NCBI GenBank assembly: GCA_963711835.1
Contig: CAVQFQ010000017.1
Span: forward strand, 672,001 to 736,000
Origin: an uncultured delta proteobacterium
GTDB taxonomy: Bacteria; Desulfobacterota; RBG-13-43-22
Direction: 5' to 3'
Length of the DNA: 64,000 bases
The notes beneath the pieces are model-generated. The model was given only the letters and a program-made list of their open reading frames with translations, was not told the DNA's origin and made no database searches. Numbering within the stretch: position 1 is the stretch's first letter; each line of letters opens with the position of its first letter. This document shows positions 29,914-39,819 of the stretch, piece after piece. Made by a program: the position numbers and the translations under genes.

Positions 29914-32001
29914 CTATTTCCACAAGGAAATGATGATTGGGACAATCAACAAGGCCACTATGTTCATGACCTTGATCATCGGGTTGATGGCCGGACCGGC
30001 GGTATCCTTATAGGGGTCGCCGACGGTATCGCCGGTGACCGAGGCCTTGTGGCCCTCGCTGCCCTTCTTATGCAGGACGCCTTTATCGTCCGTGACGCCG
30101 TCTTCAAAGGATTTCTTGGCGTTGTCCCAGGCGCCGCCGCCGGAGGTCATGGCGATGGCCTGGAAGAGGCCGGTCAGGATGCACCCGATCAGAAGACCGC
30201 CGAGGGCCTTCGGCCCGAGGAACACGCCGACAAGGATAGGCGCCACGATCGGGAGAAGGGCCGGCACCATCATCTCCTTGATGGCCGACTTGGTGACGAT
30301 ATCCACGCACTTGCCGTACTCCGGTTTTCCGGTGCCTTCCATGATGCCTTTGATTTCCCGGAACTGCCTCCGGACCTCTTGGACGACGCCTCCGGCTGCT
30401 CTACCGACCGCCAGCATCAACCGGCTGCCGTAGTAGTAGGGGATCAGCCCGCCGATAAAGAGGCCAGCGATGACCATGGGATCGGAAAGATCGAAGGTGA
30501 CACCGCTCATCCCCTTGGCGAGTTCCCGTGCATATTCTGCAAACAGAACCAGCGCGGCCAGAGCGGCGGAACCGATGGCATAGCCTTTAGTGACTGCCTT
30601 GGTGGTATTGCCGACCGCATCGAGCGGATCGGTAATGGCCCGAACGCTTTCCGGAAGTTCGGCCATCTCGGCGATACCGCCGGCGTTGTCCGTGATCGGT
30701 CCATAAGAGTCGATGGCCACCACGATGCCGGTCATGGAAAGCATCGAAACCGCAGAAAGGGCGATGGCGAAGAGACCGCTGCTCACATTGCCGCTGAATC
30801 CCCCCCCGAGGCCGAATGAACCGAGAATAGCCGCAACGATAACGATGGCCGGAAGGGCCGTCGCTTCCATACTCATGGCCAGGCCGGCGATGACGTTCGT
30901 GCCGTGGCCGGTCAGACTGGCCTTGGCGATGGTCTTCACCGGCCGGAACTTATTGGCCGTATAGTACTCGGTGATCCAGACGATGAGGCCGGTCAGGACC
31001 AGGCCGATTAAGGCCGTGCCGAAGATGCTCGCGGGGGTGAAGCCGCCAGTTTTGTCGCCCAGACCTCCCATGAACCAGACGGTGACGGCATAAAAGGCGA
31101 TGGCCGCCAGCACACCCGAGACGGCCAGGCCCTTATACAGCGCGCCCATGATGTACTGCTTGGCGCCGAGCTTGACGAAGTAGGTGCCGATGATCGAGGC
31201 AATGATCGAAACGCCGCCCAGGAGCAGCGGGAATTCGACCCAGGGACTATCGGCACTGAAAACCGACTTGGCCAGCAGCATGGCGGCCACCAGCGTTACC
31301 GTATAGGTTTCATAGAGGTCGGCTGCCATTCCGGCGCAGTCGCCCACGTTGTCGCCCACGTTGTCGGCGATAACCGCCGGGTTTCTCGGGTCGTCTTCCG
31401 GGATGCCGGCTTCCACCTTGCCGACTAAGTCGGCGCCGACATCGGCCGCCTTGGTGTAGATACCGCCGGCGATCCTGGCGAAGACGCTCATCAGGGAGCA
31501 GCCGAAGCCCAGGCCGATCAGGGCACGAAAGGCCTCCTCTCCGGCAAAAGCCCTGGCAATCGCGAAATATCCGGCCAGCCCGATGATGCCCAGACCGACC
31601 ACCATGATGCCCGTAACTGAACCGCCCTTAAACGACAGGGTCAGCGCGGCCTGGATCCCCTTGGTGGCCGCCTGGGTCGTCCGGACGTTGGCCCGGACCG
31701 TCACCCACATGCCAACAAAGCCGGCAAAGGCCGAGCCGGCCGTCCCGATAATGAAGCCGAGGGACGTCCATGGGCCGAGGGCCGGGACCACGGCAATAAT
31801 AATCAGCAAAATCACGGCCACTATGGCCACGGTCTTATATTCGCGGGCCAGAAAGGCGTAGGCTCCTTCTTTGACCGCATTCGAGATATCCTGCATACGT
31901 TTGGACCCGGCGTCTTGCTTGGACACCCAGGCCGCGGTCACGAGGGCGTACAACACCCCCAAGGCGCCGCAGATAAGCGCAAAGAGTATGATATTGTCCA
32001 T
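29914..32001 (-). CDS. hppA: Membrane-bound H+-translocating pyrophosphatase, K+-independent type
   Basis: [36 protein letters not shown]; GNTTKA has Lys at the K+-dependence determinant. Confidence 0.95.
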   Translation of the reverse strand: MDNIILFALICGALGVLYALVTAAWVSKQDAGSKRMQDISNAVKEGAYAFLAREYKTVAIVAVILLIIIAVVPALGPWTSLGFIIGTAGSAFAGFVGMWVTVRANVRTTQAATKGIQAALTLSFKGGSVTGIMVVGLGIIGLAGYFAIARAFAGEEAFRALIGLGFGCSLMSVFARIAGGIYTKAADVGADLVGKVEAGIPEDDPRNPAVIADNVGDNVGDCAGMAADLYETYTVTLVAAMLLAKSVFSADSPWVEFPLLLGGVSIIASIIGTYFVKLGAKQYIMGALYKGLAVSGVLAAIAFYAVTVWFMGGLGDKTGGFTPASIFGTALIGLVLTGLIVWITEYYTANKFRPVKTIAKASLTGHGTNVIAGLAMSMEATALPAIVIVAAILGSFGLGGGFSGNVSSGLFAIALSAVSMLSMTGIVVAIDSYGPITDNAGGIAEMAELPESVRAITDPLDAVGNTTKAVTKGYAIGSAALAALVLFAEYARELAKGMSGVTFDLSDPMVIAGLFIGGLIPYYYGSRLMLAVGRAAGGVVQEVRRQFREIKGIMEGTGKPEYGKCVDIVTKSAIKEMMVPALLPIVAPILVGVFLGPKALGGLLIGCILTGLFQAIAMTSGGGAWDNAKKSFEDGVTDDKGVLHKKGSEGHKASVTGDTVGDPYKDTAGPAINPMIKVMNIVALLIVPIIISLWK

Positions 32002-32353
32002 AAACGTTCTCTCCTCTCCTCCTGAAAATAAAAATTTGACACCTTGCTTTCCCTAAAAAATAAACCAAGTAACCATAAAAACCTTTGAATCCTTTCTGCC
32101 CACCTCCTTTTTCTTTAAAAATAGATTACTAATTTAAATTGTTAATAAAATTGACTTGTGAATTCTATTACAGAGTCCCACCCGCTTCTATCACACCCCT
32201 GTTGGGTTGTCAAGAATTTTTCAAGGAGAGCGTGATCCCTTTCGGGCCAAAAAGGGCTACCTCTTGGTCCGTCCTTTTTTCTTGACAGTCCATGAAATAT
32301 CAGGAAAAAATCAGATGATTTTATTCGGATCTAAATCGAAAAAGGAGGCATTC

Positions 32354-32584
32354 ATGGAAAAAGAAGAAGGGGAAGTTTGTCGCCTGCAACTCAATACAAC
32401 GGATTATCTCCTTTTTTCCATCAAGGAATACCGGGGGAGACATTACGTAGATCTTCGGAAGTACGTAGTTTCAGACAGCTACACCGGGTTCACCAAGCAG
32501 GGGGTTCGATTTATTTCCGACCTCTTTAATGAATTTGAAGAGAAAGTAGCCGAATTAAAGAGGGCCTTGCCTAAAAACGAGTAG
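32354..32584 (+). CDS. PC4/YdbC-like single-stranded DNA-binding protein
   Basis: EYRGRHYVDLRKY...FTKQGV resembles the PC4 fold; AAGGAGG RBS before ATG 32354. Confidence 0.7.
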   Translation: MEKEEGEVCRLQLNTTDYLLFSIKEYRGRHYVDLRKYVVSDSYTGFTKQGVRFISDLFNEFEEKVAELKRALPKNE

Positions 32585-32617
32585 AGCCAACGGTCCGCGT
32601 TACCGCTTAGAAAAGCC

Positions 32618-32680
32618 TTGACAGGGACCGTTATTTTTATTAAATGGTTATAAAATAGTTATATCTTAATCACATAGTAA
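32618..32680 (+). promoter_or_regulatory. sigma70-type promoter of the CoA ligase with AAATGGTTA/AAATAGTTA repeats at 11-bp period
   Basis: TTGACA 32618-32623; repeats at 32642-32650 and 32653-32661. Confidence 0.55.
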
Positions 32681-32741
32681 TTATATTCTTTCGTTTTTTG
32701 AAATTCAGAGTCATTTTTCTAAAAAATTTAAGGAGGTTGCT

Positions 32742-34046
32742 ATGAAGTATTGGGAAGAAAAGTTTGAGACCATGTCCGTTGATGAAATGCAGGCCTTTCA
32801 ATCGGGGCAACTCAAGAAAACAGTGGCCTGGCTATATGAAAAGGTCCCTTTTTATAAAAACAAATTGGATGACTTAGGGTTTAAACCCGGCGGTATCAAA
32901 GAATTAAATGATCTGGCCAGGCTCCCTTTCACCGTTAAAAACGACTTGCGGGATAATTATCCCTTTGGCCTTTGCGCGGTTCCCATACATGAATTGGTGC
33001 GGGTCCATGCCTCCTCGGGAACTACCGGGAAGCCGATTACCGGTCCCTACACGGCGGACGATCTGGAACAATGGACCGTTTGCATGGCCAGGAATATGAT
33101 CGCCGCCGGGGTGCGGTCCAATGACATCATTCAGAATGCCTACGGCTATGGATTGTTCACCGGCGGACTCGGCTTCCACCAGGGGGCCACCAAGATCGGG
33201 GCCACGGTGATCCCCACCTCCTCCGGACAGACGGAACGCCAGATCACCATCTTGCAGGATTTCCGAAGCACGGTACTCTTCTCCACCCCTTCCTATGCCC
33301 TAACCATTGCCGAAAAGGCCGCCCAGATAGGCGTGGATATGAAATCCCTGCCTCTCCGGGTGGGGGTCTTCGGGGCCGAGCCCTGGACCGTGGAGATGCG
33401 CAAGGAGATCGAGGAGCGGATGGGCATCAAGGCCCATGAGGCCTATGGACTGACCGAACTGGGGGGGCCGGGGGTGGCCTTCGATTGCGAGGCCCAGGAC
33501 GGCTACCTCCACGTCAATGAAGACCATATCCTGATTGAAATCATCGATCCGGTTACCGGAGAGGTCCTGCCCCTGGGGCAAAAAGGGGAGCTGGTTTTCA
33601 CCGCCATCCAGCGTCAGGCCATGCCGCTTTTACGCTACCGCACCCGGGATATCACCTCCATCAAACAGGAAAAATGCTCCTGCGGTCGCACCCTGGTAAA
33701 AATGGAAAAGGTTTACGGCCGCAGCGACGATATGCTGATCATCAGCGGAGTCAATATCTTCCCCTCCCAGATCGAAAGCCTGCTTTTGGACCAGAAAGAG
33801 GTGGAGCCCCAGTACGTCATCATTGTAAAAAAGAAGGGCTACCTGGATACGTTGGAAGTGCATGTGGAGGCCAAACCGGTGGTCTACGAGGCCGGGGCGG
33901 AAATGATCAAAGGGGCCGAGCAAAAAATCGAGAATCATATAAAAGGGATGATCGGAATCGGCATCAAAATCCGTCTGGTAGCCCCCGGAACCATTACCCG
34001 AAGCGAAGGTAAAGCCAAACGGGTCATTGACGAGAGGAAACTTTAG
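32742..34046 (+). CDS. paaK: Phenylacetate--CoA ligase family protein
   Basis: HASSGTTGKP, YGYGLFTGGLGFH, YGLTELGGPGV, RYRTRD, GRSDDMLIISGVN, RSEGKAKR. Confidence 0.9.
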   Translation: MKYWEEKFETMSVDEMQAFQSGQLKKTVAWLYEKVPFYKNKLDDLGFKPGGIKELNDLARLPFTVKNDLRDNYPFGLCAVPIHELVRVHASSGTTGKPITGPYTADDLEQWTVCMARNMIAAGVRSNDIIQNAYGYGLFTGGLGFHQGATKIGATVIPTSSGQTERQITILQDFRSTVLFSTPSYALTIAEKAAQIGVDMKSLPLRVGVFGAEPWTVEMRKEIEERMGIKAHEAYGLTELGGPGVAFDCEAQDGYLHVNEDHILIEIIDPVTGEVLPLGQKGELVFTAIQRQAMPLLRYRTRDITSIKQEKCSCGRTLVKMEKVYGRSDDMLIISGVNIFPSQIESLLLDQKEVEPQYVIIVKKKGYLDTLEVHVEAKPVVYEAGAEMIKGAEQKIENHIKGMIGIGIKIRLVAPGTITRSEGKAKRVIDERKL

Positions 34047-34091
34047 CCTCCGATATAAGGTCGAGCCGGCACCACCTTTAGAAACTTCTCC

Positions 34092-34138
34092 TAAGTCCCC
34101 CCATCTCGTTTTAACTAAGCGATATGGGGGGATTTTTA
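34092..34138 (+). terminator. Probable terminator after paaK
   Basis: AAGTCCCCCCAT...ATGGGGGGATTT stem with T tail. Confidence 0.55.
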
Positions 34139-34210
34139 ATTTGACACCGGATGGTCTTTTGAGTACTTTGAGGACTCGGTTTTTGAATCCCCTTTTCAGG
34201 GAGTTGCTTA

Positions 34211-35383
34211 ATGAAAATACATGAATACCAGGCCAAGAAAATATTTTTTAAGTACGGCATCCCGGTCCCTAAAGGGAATGTCGCCCTCTCGATGGAAGAA
34301 GCCGTTCAGGTGTCCCGGGAAATCGGGCGGCCGCCGTATGTGATCAAAGCCCAGATCCAGGCCGGGGGACGGGGAAAGGGCGGAGGGGTAAAAACAGCCC
34401 GAAGTCTGGACGAAGTGGAAACCATCTCGAAAGAGATCTTAGGCATGACCCTGGTGACCCACCAAACCGGATCGGAAGGGAAAAAGGTCCGCAAGATCCT
34501 GGTTGAGGCGGGTCTGGAAATTGAAAAAGAAATCTACCTTGGAATTACCATGGACCGCTCCCGGGCCTGCCCGGCCATCATGGTCAGTCCGGTCGGGGGT
34601 ATGGACATTGAAGAGGTGGCTGACAAGACCCCCCACCTGATTCAAAGGGAATGGATCGACCCCTCGGTAGGCTTCCAGGCTTTTCAGGCCCGTAACCTGA
34701 TCTACGGCCTGCCCCTTTCCCCACCGGGGATTAAAGCCGCTTTGGCCTTATTAACCCAATTGGTGGCCCTCTTTCATGATTACGACTGTTCCCTTCTGGA
34801 GATCAATCCCTTGGTCACTACCCGGGATGACCGCTTAATCGCCTTGGATGCCAAAATAAAATTTGATGATAATGCCCTTTTCCGGCATAAGGATCTGCTG
34901 GACCTTATTGATCCTCATGAACAGGATTCCCTGGAATTGGAGGCTAACCGATACAACCTCAATTATATCCGTTTGAACGGGAACATCGGAGTCATGGTTA
35001 ATGGGGCGGGTCTGGCCATGGGCACCATGGACCTGATAAAACTCTATGGGGGGGAACCGGCTAATTTCCTGGACGTCGGCGGCGGCGCCAATGCCGAGAC
35101 GATCGCCAAGGGATTTAAGATAATTTTATCGGATGAACGGGTCCGGGCGATTCTGGTCAATATTTTCGGGGGTATTTTACGCTGTGATATTTTGGCCGAA
35201 GGGTTGATTGAGGCCGCCCGAAAGATGCATATCAAAGTCCCCCTGATTATTCGTTTAGAGGGCACCAATGTGGAGAAAGGCCTGGCCATGCTCAATCAAT
35301 CCGGTCTGGATTTTATGGTAGCTCAGACCATGGGCGAAGCGGCTCAGAAAATCAGTGAGTTGGTAACCAATAAACTTAGTTAA
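34211..35383 (+). CDS. sucC: Succinyl-CoA synthetase beta subunit (ADP-forming)
   Basis: MKIHEYQAK, GGRGKGGGV, NGAGLAM, NFLDVGGGA. Confidence 0.96.
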   Translation: MKIHEYQAKKIFFKYGIPVPKGNVALSMEEAVQVSREIGRPPYVIKAQIQAGGRGKGGGVKTARSLDEVETISKEILGMTLVTHQTGSEGKKVRKILVEAGLEIEKEIYLGITMDRSRACPAIMVSPVGGMDIEEVADKTPHLIQREWIDPSVGFQAFQARNLIYGLPLSPPGIKAALALLTQLVALFHDYDCSLLEINPLVTTRDDRLIALDAKIKFDDNALFRHKDLLDLIDPHEQDSLELEANRYNLNYIRLNGNIGVMVNGAGLAMGTMDLIKLYGGEPANFLDVGGGANAETIAKGFKIILSDERVRAILVNIFGGILRCDILAEGLIEAARKMHIKVPLIIRLEGTNVEKGLAMLNQSGLDFMVAQTMGEAAQKISELVTNKLS

Positions 35384-35393
35384 GGATTAGACG

Positions 35394-36266
35394 ATGAGCA
35401 TATTAGTCGGAAAAGACAGTCGTGTTCTGGTTCAGGGCATTACGGGCCGGGAGGGAAGTTTTCACACGCAGCAGATGGTTAACTACGGCACCCGGGTCGT
35501 GGCCGGTGTAACTCCTGGAAAATCCGGCCAGATCATGGAAGGGGTGCCTGTTTTTAATACCGTTGCCGAGGCGGTGCGGGAAGAGGGGGCGAATGTTTCC
35601 ATCATCTTTGTCCCTCCGGCCTTTGCCGCCGATGCCATCATGGAGGCCGTGGCCTCAGGGGTCGGGGTCATTGTCTGCATCACCGAAGGAATACCCACCC
35701 TGGATATGGTCCGGGTCAAACACTATCTAAAGGATAAACCCTCGGTTTTGATCGGCCCCAACTGCCCGGGCATCATTACCCCCGGGGCCTGTAAGGCGGG
35801 CATTATGCCCGGCTACATTTTTAAAGCCGGCGGAATCGGGGTGATCTCGCGCAGCGGCACCCTGACCTATGAGGTGGTGGATCAGATTACCAACCAGGAT
35901 TTAGGGCAATCCACCTGCATCGGCATAGGAGGGGACCCGATCATCGGCCTTTCCTTTATTGAACTGTTAACCTATTTCAGGGAGGACGATCAAACCCAGG
36001 GGGTTGTCCTGATCGGGGAAATCGGGGGTAGCGCCGAAGAGGAAGCGGCCCGATTTATCCAGGAGAAATTCCCTAAACCGGTGGTCACGTTTATTGCCGG
36101 TCAAACCGCCCCGCCGGGGAGACGAATGGGCCATGCCGGAGCTATCATCTCAGGCAAGTCCGGCACGGCTCAAGAGAAGATGGCTGTCCTGGAAGCCGCC
36201 GGGATACGGGTGGTCATGGATCTGACCAAGGTCGGACAGGTGGTCCGGGACGTGATGAAGGGTTGA
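35394..36266 (+). CDS. sucD: Succinyl-CoA synthetase alpha subunit
   Basis: [30 protein letters not shown]. Confidence 0.97.
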   Translation: MSILVGKDSRVLVQGITGREGSFHTQQMVNYGTRVVAGVTPGKSGQIMEGVPVFNTVAEAVREEGANVSIIFVPPAFAADAIMEAVASGVGVIVCITEGIPTLDMVRVKHYLKDKPSVLIGPNCPGIITPGACKAGIMPGYIFKAGGIGVISRSGTLTYEVVDQITNQDLGQSTCIGIGGDPIIGLSFIELLTYFREDDQTQGVVLIGEIGGSAEEEAARFIQEKFPKPVVTFIAGQTAPPGRRMGHAGAIISGKSGTAQEKMAVLEAAGIRVVMDLTKVGQVVRDVMKG

Positions 36267-36275
36267 TAAAAAGAC

Positions 36276-36373
36276 GATACTGGTTGATTGGTTCTGGATA
36301 CTTGATAAGAAAAAACTTTCTGTAAATTACAAGACCTAACAACTGGCATCCAGTATCCAGCATCCAGTATCGG
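36276..36373. repeat. Intergenic heptamer repeats (GYATCCA)n with complementary copies
   Basis: GCATCCA GTATCCA GCATCCA GTATC at 36346-36371; GATACTGG/TGGATAC copies at 36276-36302. Confidence 0.65.
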
Positions 36374-36379
36374 AAATTT

Positions 36380-36943
36380 ATGAAATTACTCCTCCACATC
36401 TGCTGTGCCCCCTGCACTATCTACCCCTTGGAACAGTTGCGCAATCAGGCTATCCAGGTAACCGGCTATTTTTTTAATCCCAATATCCATCCCTACCGGG
36501 AATACCGGAAACGAAGAGCCACCCTGGAGGCGTACAGCCGAGGCGTAGGTTTGCAGGTTCTGTACAATGACCGTTACGATTTGGAATTTTTTCTAAACAA
36601 CACCTTGCCCCTGGGTCCTGATCGTTGCCGGTTTTGTTATACCGTTCGATTGCAGGAAGCGGCCCAAGAGGCTAAAAAACAAGGCCAGGAGGCCTTTAGC
36701 ACCACCCTCTTGTACAGTCGCTATCAGAAGCATGACTGGATTAGAGAGGTCGGTGAAGAGATCAGTACCAAGGAAGTGATTCCATTCTTCTACGAGGATT
36801 TTCGCGCCGGTTGGAGAGAAGGTATCGAGGCCTCCAAGTCCCTGGGCTTATACCGACAACCCTATTGCGGCTGCATTTTCAGCGAGCGTGATCGCTTTGC
36901 CCCCCTAAAAGGATCCCAGAGGCCGCAGGCTGTTACTTTTTAG
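36380..36943 (+). CDS. queH: Epoxyqueuosine reductase QueH (DUF208)
   Basis: LHICCAPC, NPNIHP, RCRFCY, YRQPYCGCIFS. Confidence 0.9.
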   Translation: MKLLLHICCAPCTIYPLEQLRNQAIQVTGYFFNPNIHPYREYRKRRATLEAYSRGVGLQVLYNDRYDLEFFLNNTLPLGPDRCRFCYTVRLQEAAQEAKKQGQEAFSTTLLYSRYQKHDWIREVGEEISTKEVIPFFYEDFRAGWREGIEASKSLGLYRQPYCGCIFSERDRFAPLKGSQRPQAVTF

Positions 36944-37066
36944 CCCCCCTTAAAATGGACCTTTTGGTCCGCCCCATGAACATTTTGGTCATTTTTTGTC
37001 TTGTTTTTAACCCCCATTAAAACCGCATCATCATAAATTTGACTGTAAAAACAATTAGCTATAGTT

Positions 37067-37083
37067 CAGGTATCATTTTTGCT
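37067..37083 (+). promoter_or_regulatory. Putative sigma54 (-24/-12) promoter
   Basis: CAGGTATCATTTTTGCT; GG(37069)-N10-GC(37081). Confidence 0.55.
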
Positions 37084-37147
37084 AATCCATCCAAGAGGGT
37101 ATATAATATCAGGGCAAGCTAACCCATAAAAAAACCAGGAGGGGCTG

Positions 37148-39430
37148 ATGAAATTACCGGAAAGGAATAGGCTCGGCATCCTTTGTTTAATCATATGCTT
37201 TGGATTGGTAGGGGGTCTTCAGGGATGCAGCAAAGAGGCCAAACTGGAACGGCATTGGAAGAAGGGAGAAAAATATCTCTCTGAAAACAAGATCAATGAG
37301 GCCATCATTGAATTTAAAAATGTAATCCAGCTTAATCCCAAGGATGCCAAGGCCCATCATAAATTGGGGCTGTCCTACCTAAAGGTCGGCAATCCCCGGG
37401 CCGCCTTCTCTGAATTTACCAAAGCGGTGGATATAGATCCGGCCCTGATCGAGGCCCGCCTGCAGTTGGGTTATCTTTATCTCTTGGCCAGGGACATCCC
37501 CAAAGCCAGGGAGCAGACAGCAAAAATCTTTCAGAAAGAACCCGAGAATGCCCAGGCTTTTCTCTTAAAAAGTTCCGTCTCGGTGGCTGAAAACAATACC
37601 GATCAAGCGGTGCTTGAAACCAAAAAGGCTATCGAAAAGGAGCCCAAGAAGGTGGAGGCCTACCTCCAGTTAGCCAACATTTACCTGCTCAAAAAAGATC
37701 TCCCGCAAGCGGAAACGATCTTTAAGGAAGCGGTCCGAATAGACCCTAAATCAGTAAAAGCCCGTTACGCCCTGGCCGGTTTTTATCAGCGGGCCGGGAA
37801 AAAGGAACAGGCGGAAGCGGAATTTATTGAGGTTACCAGGATGGATCCCAAGGATGTGGGGGCCTGGACCGTCCTGGGAAATTTTTATGCCTCCGTCAGC
37901 AAGCCGGAAGAGGCGGAAAAGCAGTTCCAGAAGGCTATCGAGGCCGACCCTAAACGGATTGCCTCCCGACTGCATTTGGGTGATTTTTACCTGGCCTGGA
38001 AGAAGAAGGAGAAGGCCATCGAAACCTATCAGAAGGCCATCGATGAAGATTCCAAAAATATACCGGCCCGGGCCCGACTGGCGGATATTTATCTGAAAGA
38101 TCAAAAACAGGATAAGGCCTCGGAGTTGATCGAAAAGATCCTGAAGATCAATGCCAAAAGCCATGAGGGGATCTTCCTTAAGGGCAGGTTACTGCTGGCC
38201 AAGAAGGAGTATCGGGAAGCCATTACCCTTTTACAGAATTATTTGAAGGAATACCCCAAGGCCCCAATGGGCCATTATTACCTGGCTCTGGCCCATATGG
38301 GGAATAAAGATGTCCAACAGGCCAAAACGGAACTGGCTGAAGCCGTTAAGCTCAATCCCCGCTATATTGAAGCCCGACTGGTGCTGGCCGATTTGCAAGC
38401 CAAATCCGGGGCTCAGGACCTGGCTATCGAACAGGCGCAAGAAATCCTGAAGTTGAACCCCCGGGTCACCCAGGCCCAAATGATTATGGCCAATGCCTAC
38501 TTGGCGAAAAAGGATATTCCCAAGGCAGCTAAAACCGCCGAGGATATGATTCAGGGCGCACCCAATAATCCGGTGGGGTATTACGAGTTGGGGCGTGTTT
38601 TTCTGCTCCAGAAAAAAGACAAGGAAGCCCAGGCCCAATTGGAGAAGGCCATTTCCCTGCAGCCCAATTTCCTGGAGGCCTTGAACCTGCTGGTAGGCAT
38701 CGATGTGAGCCGGAAAGACTATAAGAAGGCCTTGGAGCGAATCGACGCCCAGATTAAGAAGTCACCTAAAAACCCCTATTTTTACAATATGCAGGCCCGT
38801 GTGCAGGAGTTGAGCAAGGACCTGGTCCAGGCCGAAGCCTCGTATAAAAAAGCGATCGAGATGAACTCGAATATCCCGGGGTTTCACTTATCTTTGGGCA
38901 GTTTTTATATGCGCCAGAAGATGGTGGATAAGGCCCAAGCCGAGTTCAATACGGTTTTGCAAAAGGATCCCAATTCGCTGATGGCCTTAATGGGGCTGGG
39001 TATTATTTACGAAGGACAGAAGCAATATGACAAGGCGAAGGAGTTACTCCAGAAGGCCTTGAAGGTCAATCCCAAGTTTGCCCCGGCAGCAAATAACCTG
39101 GCCTACATCTTTGCGGAGCGCAATGAAAATATCGATCAAGCCCTGACCCTGGCCCAGGGGGTCAAGGAGCAGTTTCCGGAGGATCCGGCTATCTCCGATA
39201 CCCTGGGATGGGTCTATTATAAGAAAAATATTTATACCCGGGCCATCGTCTATTGCAAGGAGGCGGCAGAGAAATTAGCCAACCAACCGGTAGTTCACTA
39301 CCATCTGGGGATGGCCTATTATAAAAACGGCAATAAGGACCTGGCCCGAAAAGAGCTACAAAAGGCTCTGGAGCTGGATCCGAAATTTACCGGGGCGGAA
39401 GAGGCCAAGGCGGCGCTTCAAAAGATTTAA
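37148..39430 (+). CDS. Large TPR-repeat lipoprotein (PrsT/XrtA-system-like)
   Basis: Lipobox LQGC, many TPRs, NNLAY...DTLGWVYYK...YHLGMAY C-terminus. Confidence 0.8.
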   Translation: MKLPERNRLGILCLIICFGLVGGLQGCSKEAKLERHWKKGEKYLSENKINEAIIEFKNVIQLNPKDAKAHHKLGLSYLKVGNPRAAFSEFTKAVDIDPALIEARLQLGYLYLLARDIPKAREQTAKIFQKEPENAQAFLLKSSVSVAENNTDQAVLETKKAIEKEPKKVEAYLQLANIYLLKKDLPQAETIFKEAVRIDPKSVKARYALAGFYQRAGKKEQAEAEFIEVTRMDPKDVGAWTVLGNFYASVSKPEEAEKQFQKAIEADPKRIASRLHLGDFYLAWKKKEKAIETYQKAIDEDSKNIPARARLADIYLKDQKQDKASELIEKILKINAKSHEGIFLKGRLLLAKKEYREAITLLQNYLKEYPKAPMGHYYLALAHMGNKDVQQAKTELAEAVKLNPRYIEARLVLADLQAKSGAQDLAIEQAQEILKLNPRVTQAQMIMANAYLAKKDIPKAAKTAEDMIQGAPNNPVGYYELGRVFLLQKKDKEAQAQLEKAISLQPNFLEALNLLVGIDVSRKDYKKALERIDAQIKKSPKNPYFYNMQARVQELSKDLVQAEASYKKAIEMNSNIPGFHLSLGSFYMRQKMVDKAQAEFNTVLQKDPNSLMALMGLGIIYEGQKQYDKAKELLQKALKVNPKFAPAANNLAYIFAERNENIDQALTLAQGVKEQFPEDPAISDTLGWVYYKKNIYTRAIVYCKEAAEKLANQPVVHYHLGMAYYKNGNKDLARKELQKALELDPKFTGAEEAKAALQKI

Positions 39431-39604
39431 AGAAAATCGGGTGTTGGATCACGAATCCAAGTTGAGCCTTGTGGGGGGGGATGGGCCACTTTTTGTACCC
39501 TTTAGACATTTTTTGTAGAGGACGGCCAAGCGTGACTCCAACAAAAAAATCCCTATCCCAAGATAACGAATTTGATTTGCACCACATTTTTCTTGCCAAT
39601 TTAG

Positions 39605-39621
39605 AAGGTATAGATTTTGCA
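39605..39621 (+). promoter_or_regulatory. Putative sigma54 (-24/-12) promoter
   Basis: AAGGTATAGATTTTGCA; GG(39607)-N10-GC(39619); about 40 bp before the riboswitch. Confidence 0.55.
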
Positions 39622-39660
39622 TTCCGGTAGCTCACCATAAAAAATATACCATAAAAAAGG

Positions 39661-39764
39661 GTATTCACCTGAAAAAGGCAAACCATCCGAAAGGGTGGGA
39701 CGCAAAGCCACTGGCCTAAATCCGGAAATCTCCGGGCAGGGCGGCAGGGTCGCCAGGCGAATGC
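39661..39764 (+). ncRNA. Cyclic di-GMP-I (GEMM) riboswitch
   Basis: GGCAAACC-ATCC-GAAA-GGGT-GGGACGCAAAGCC core, CCTAAA receptor, closing stem GTATTCACCTG/CAGGCGAATGC. Confidence 0.92.
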
Positions 39765-39819
39765 AGTGACCTCCGAGGTCTGCATCTCGCTGAAGAGGTG
39801 TCGACAAGGAGGTACGGCA

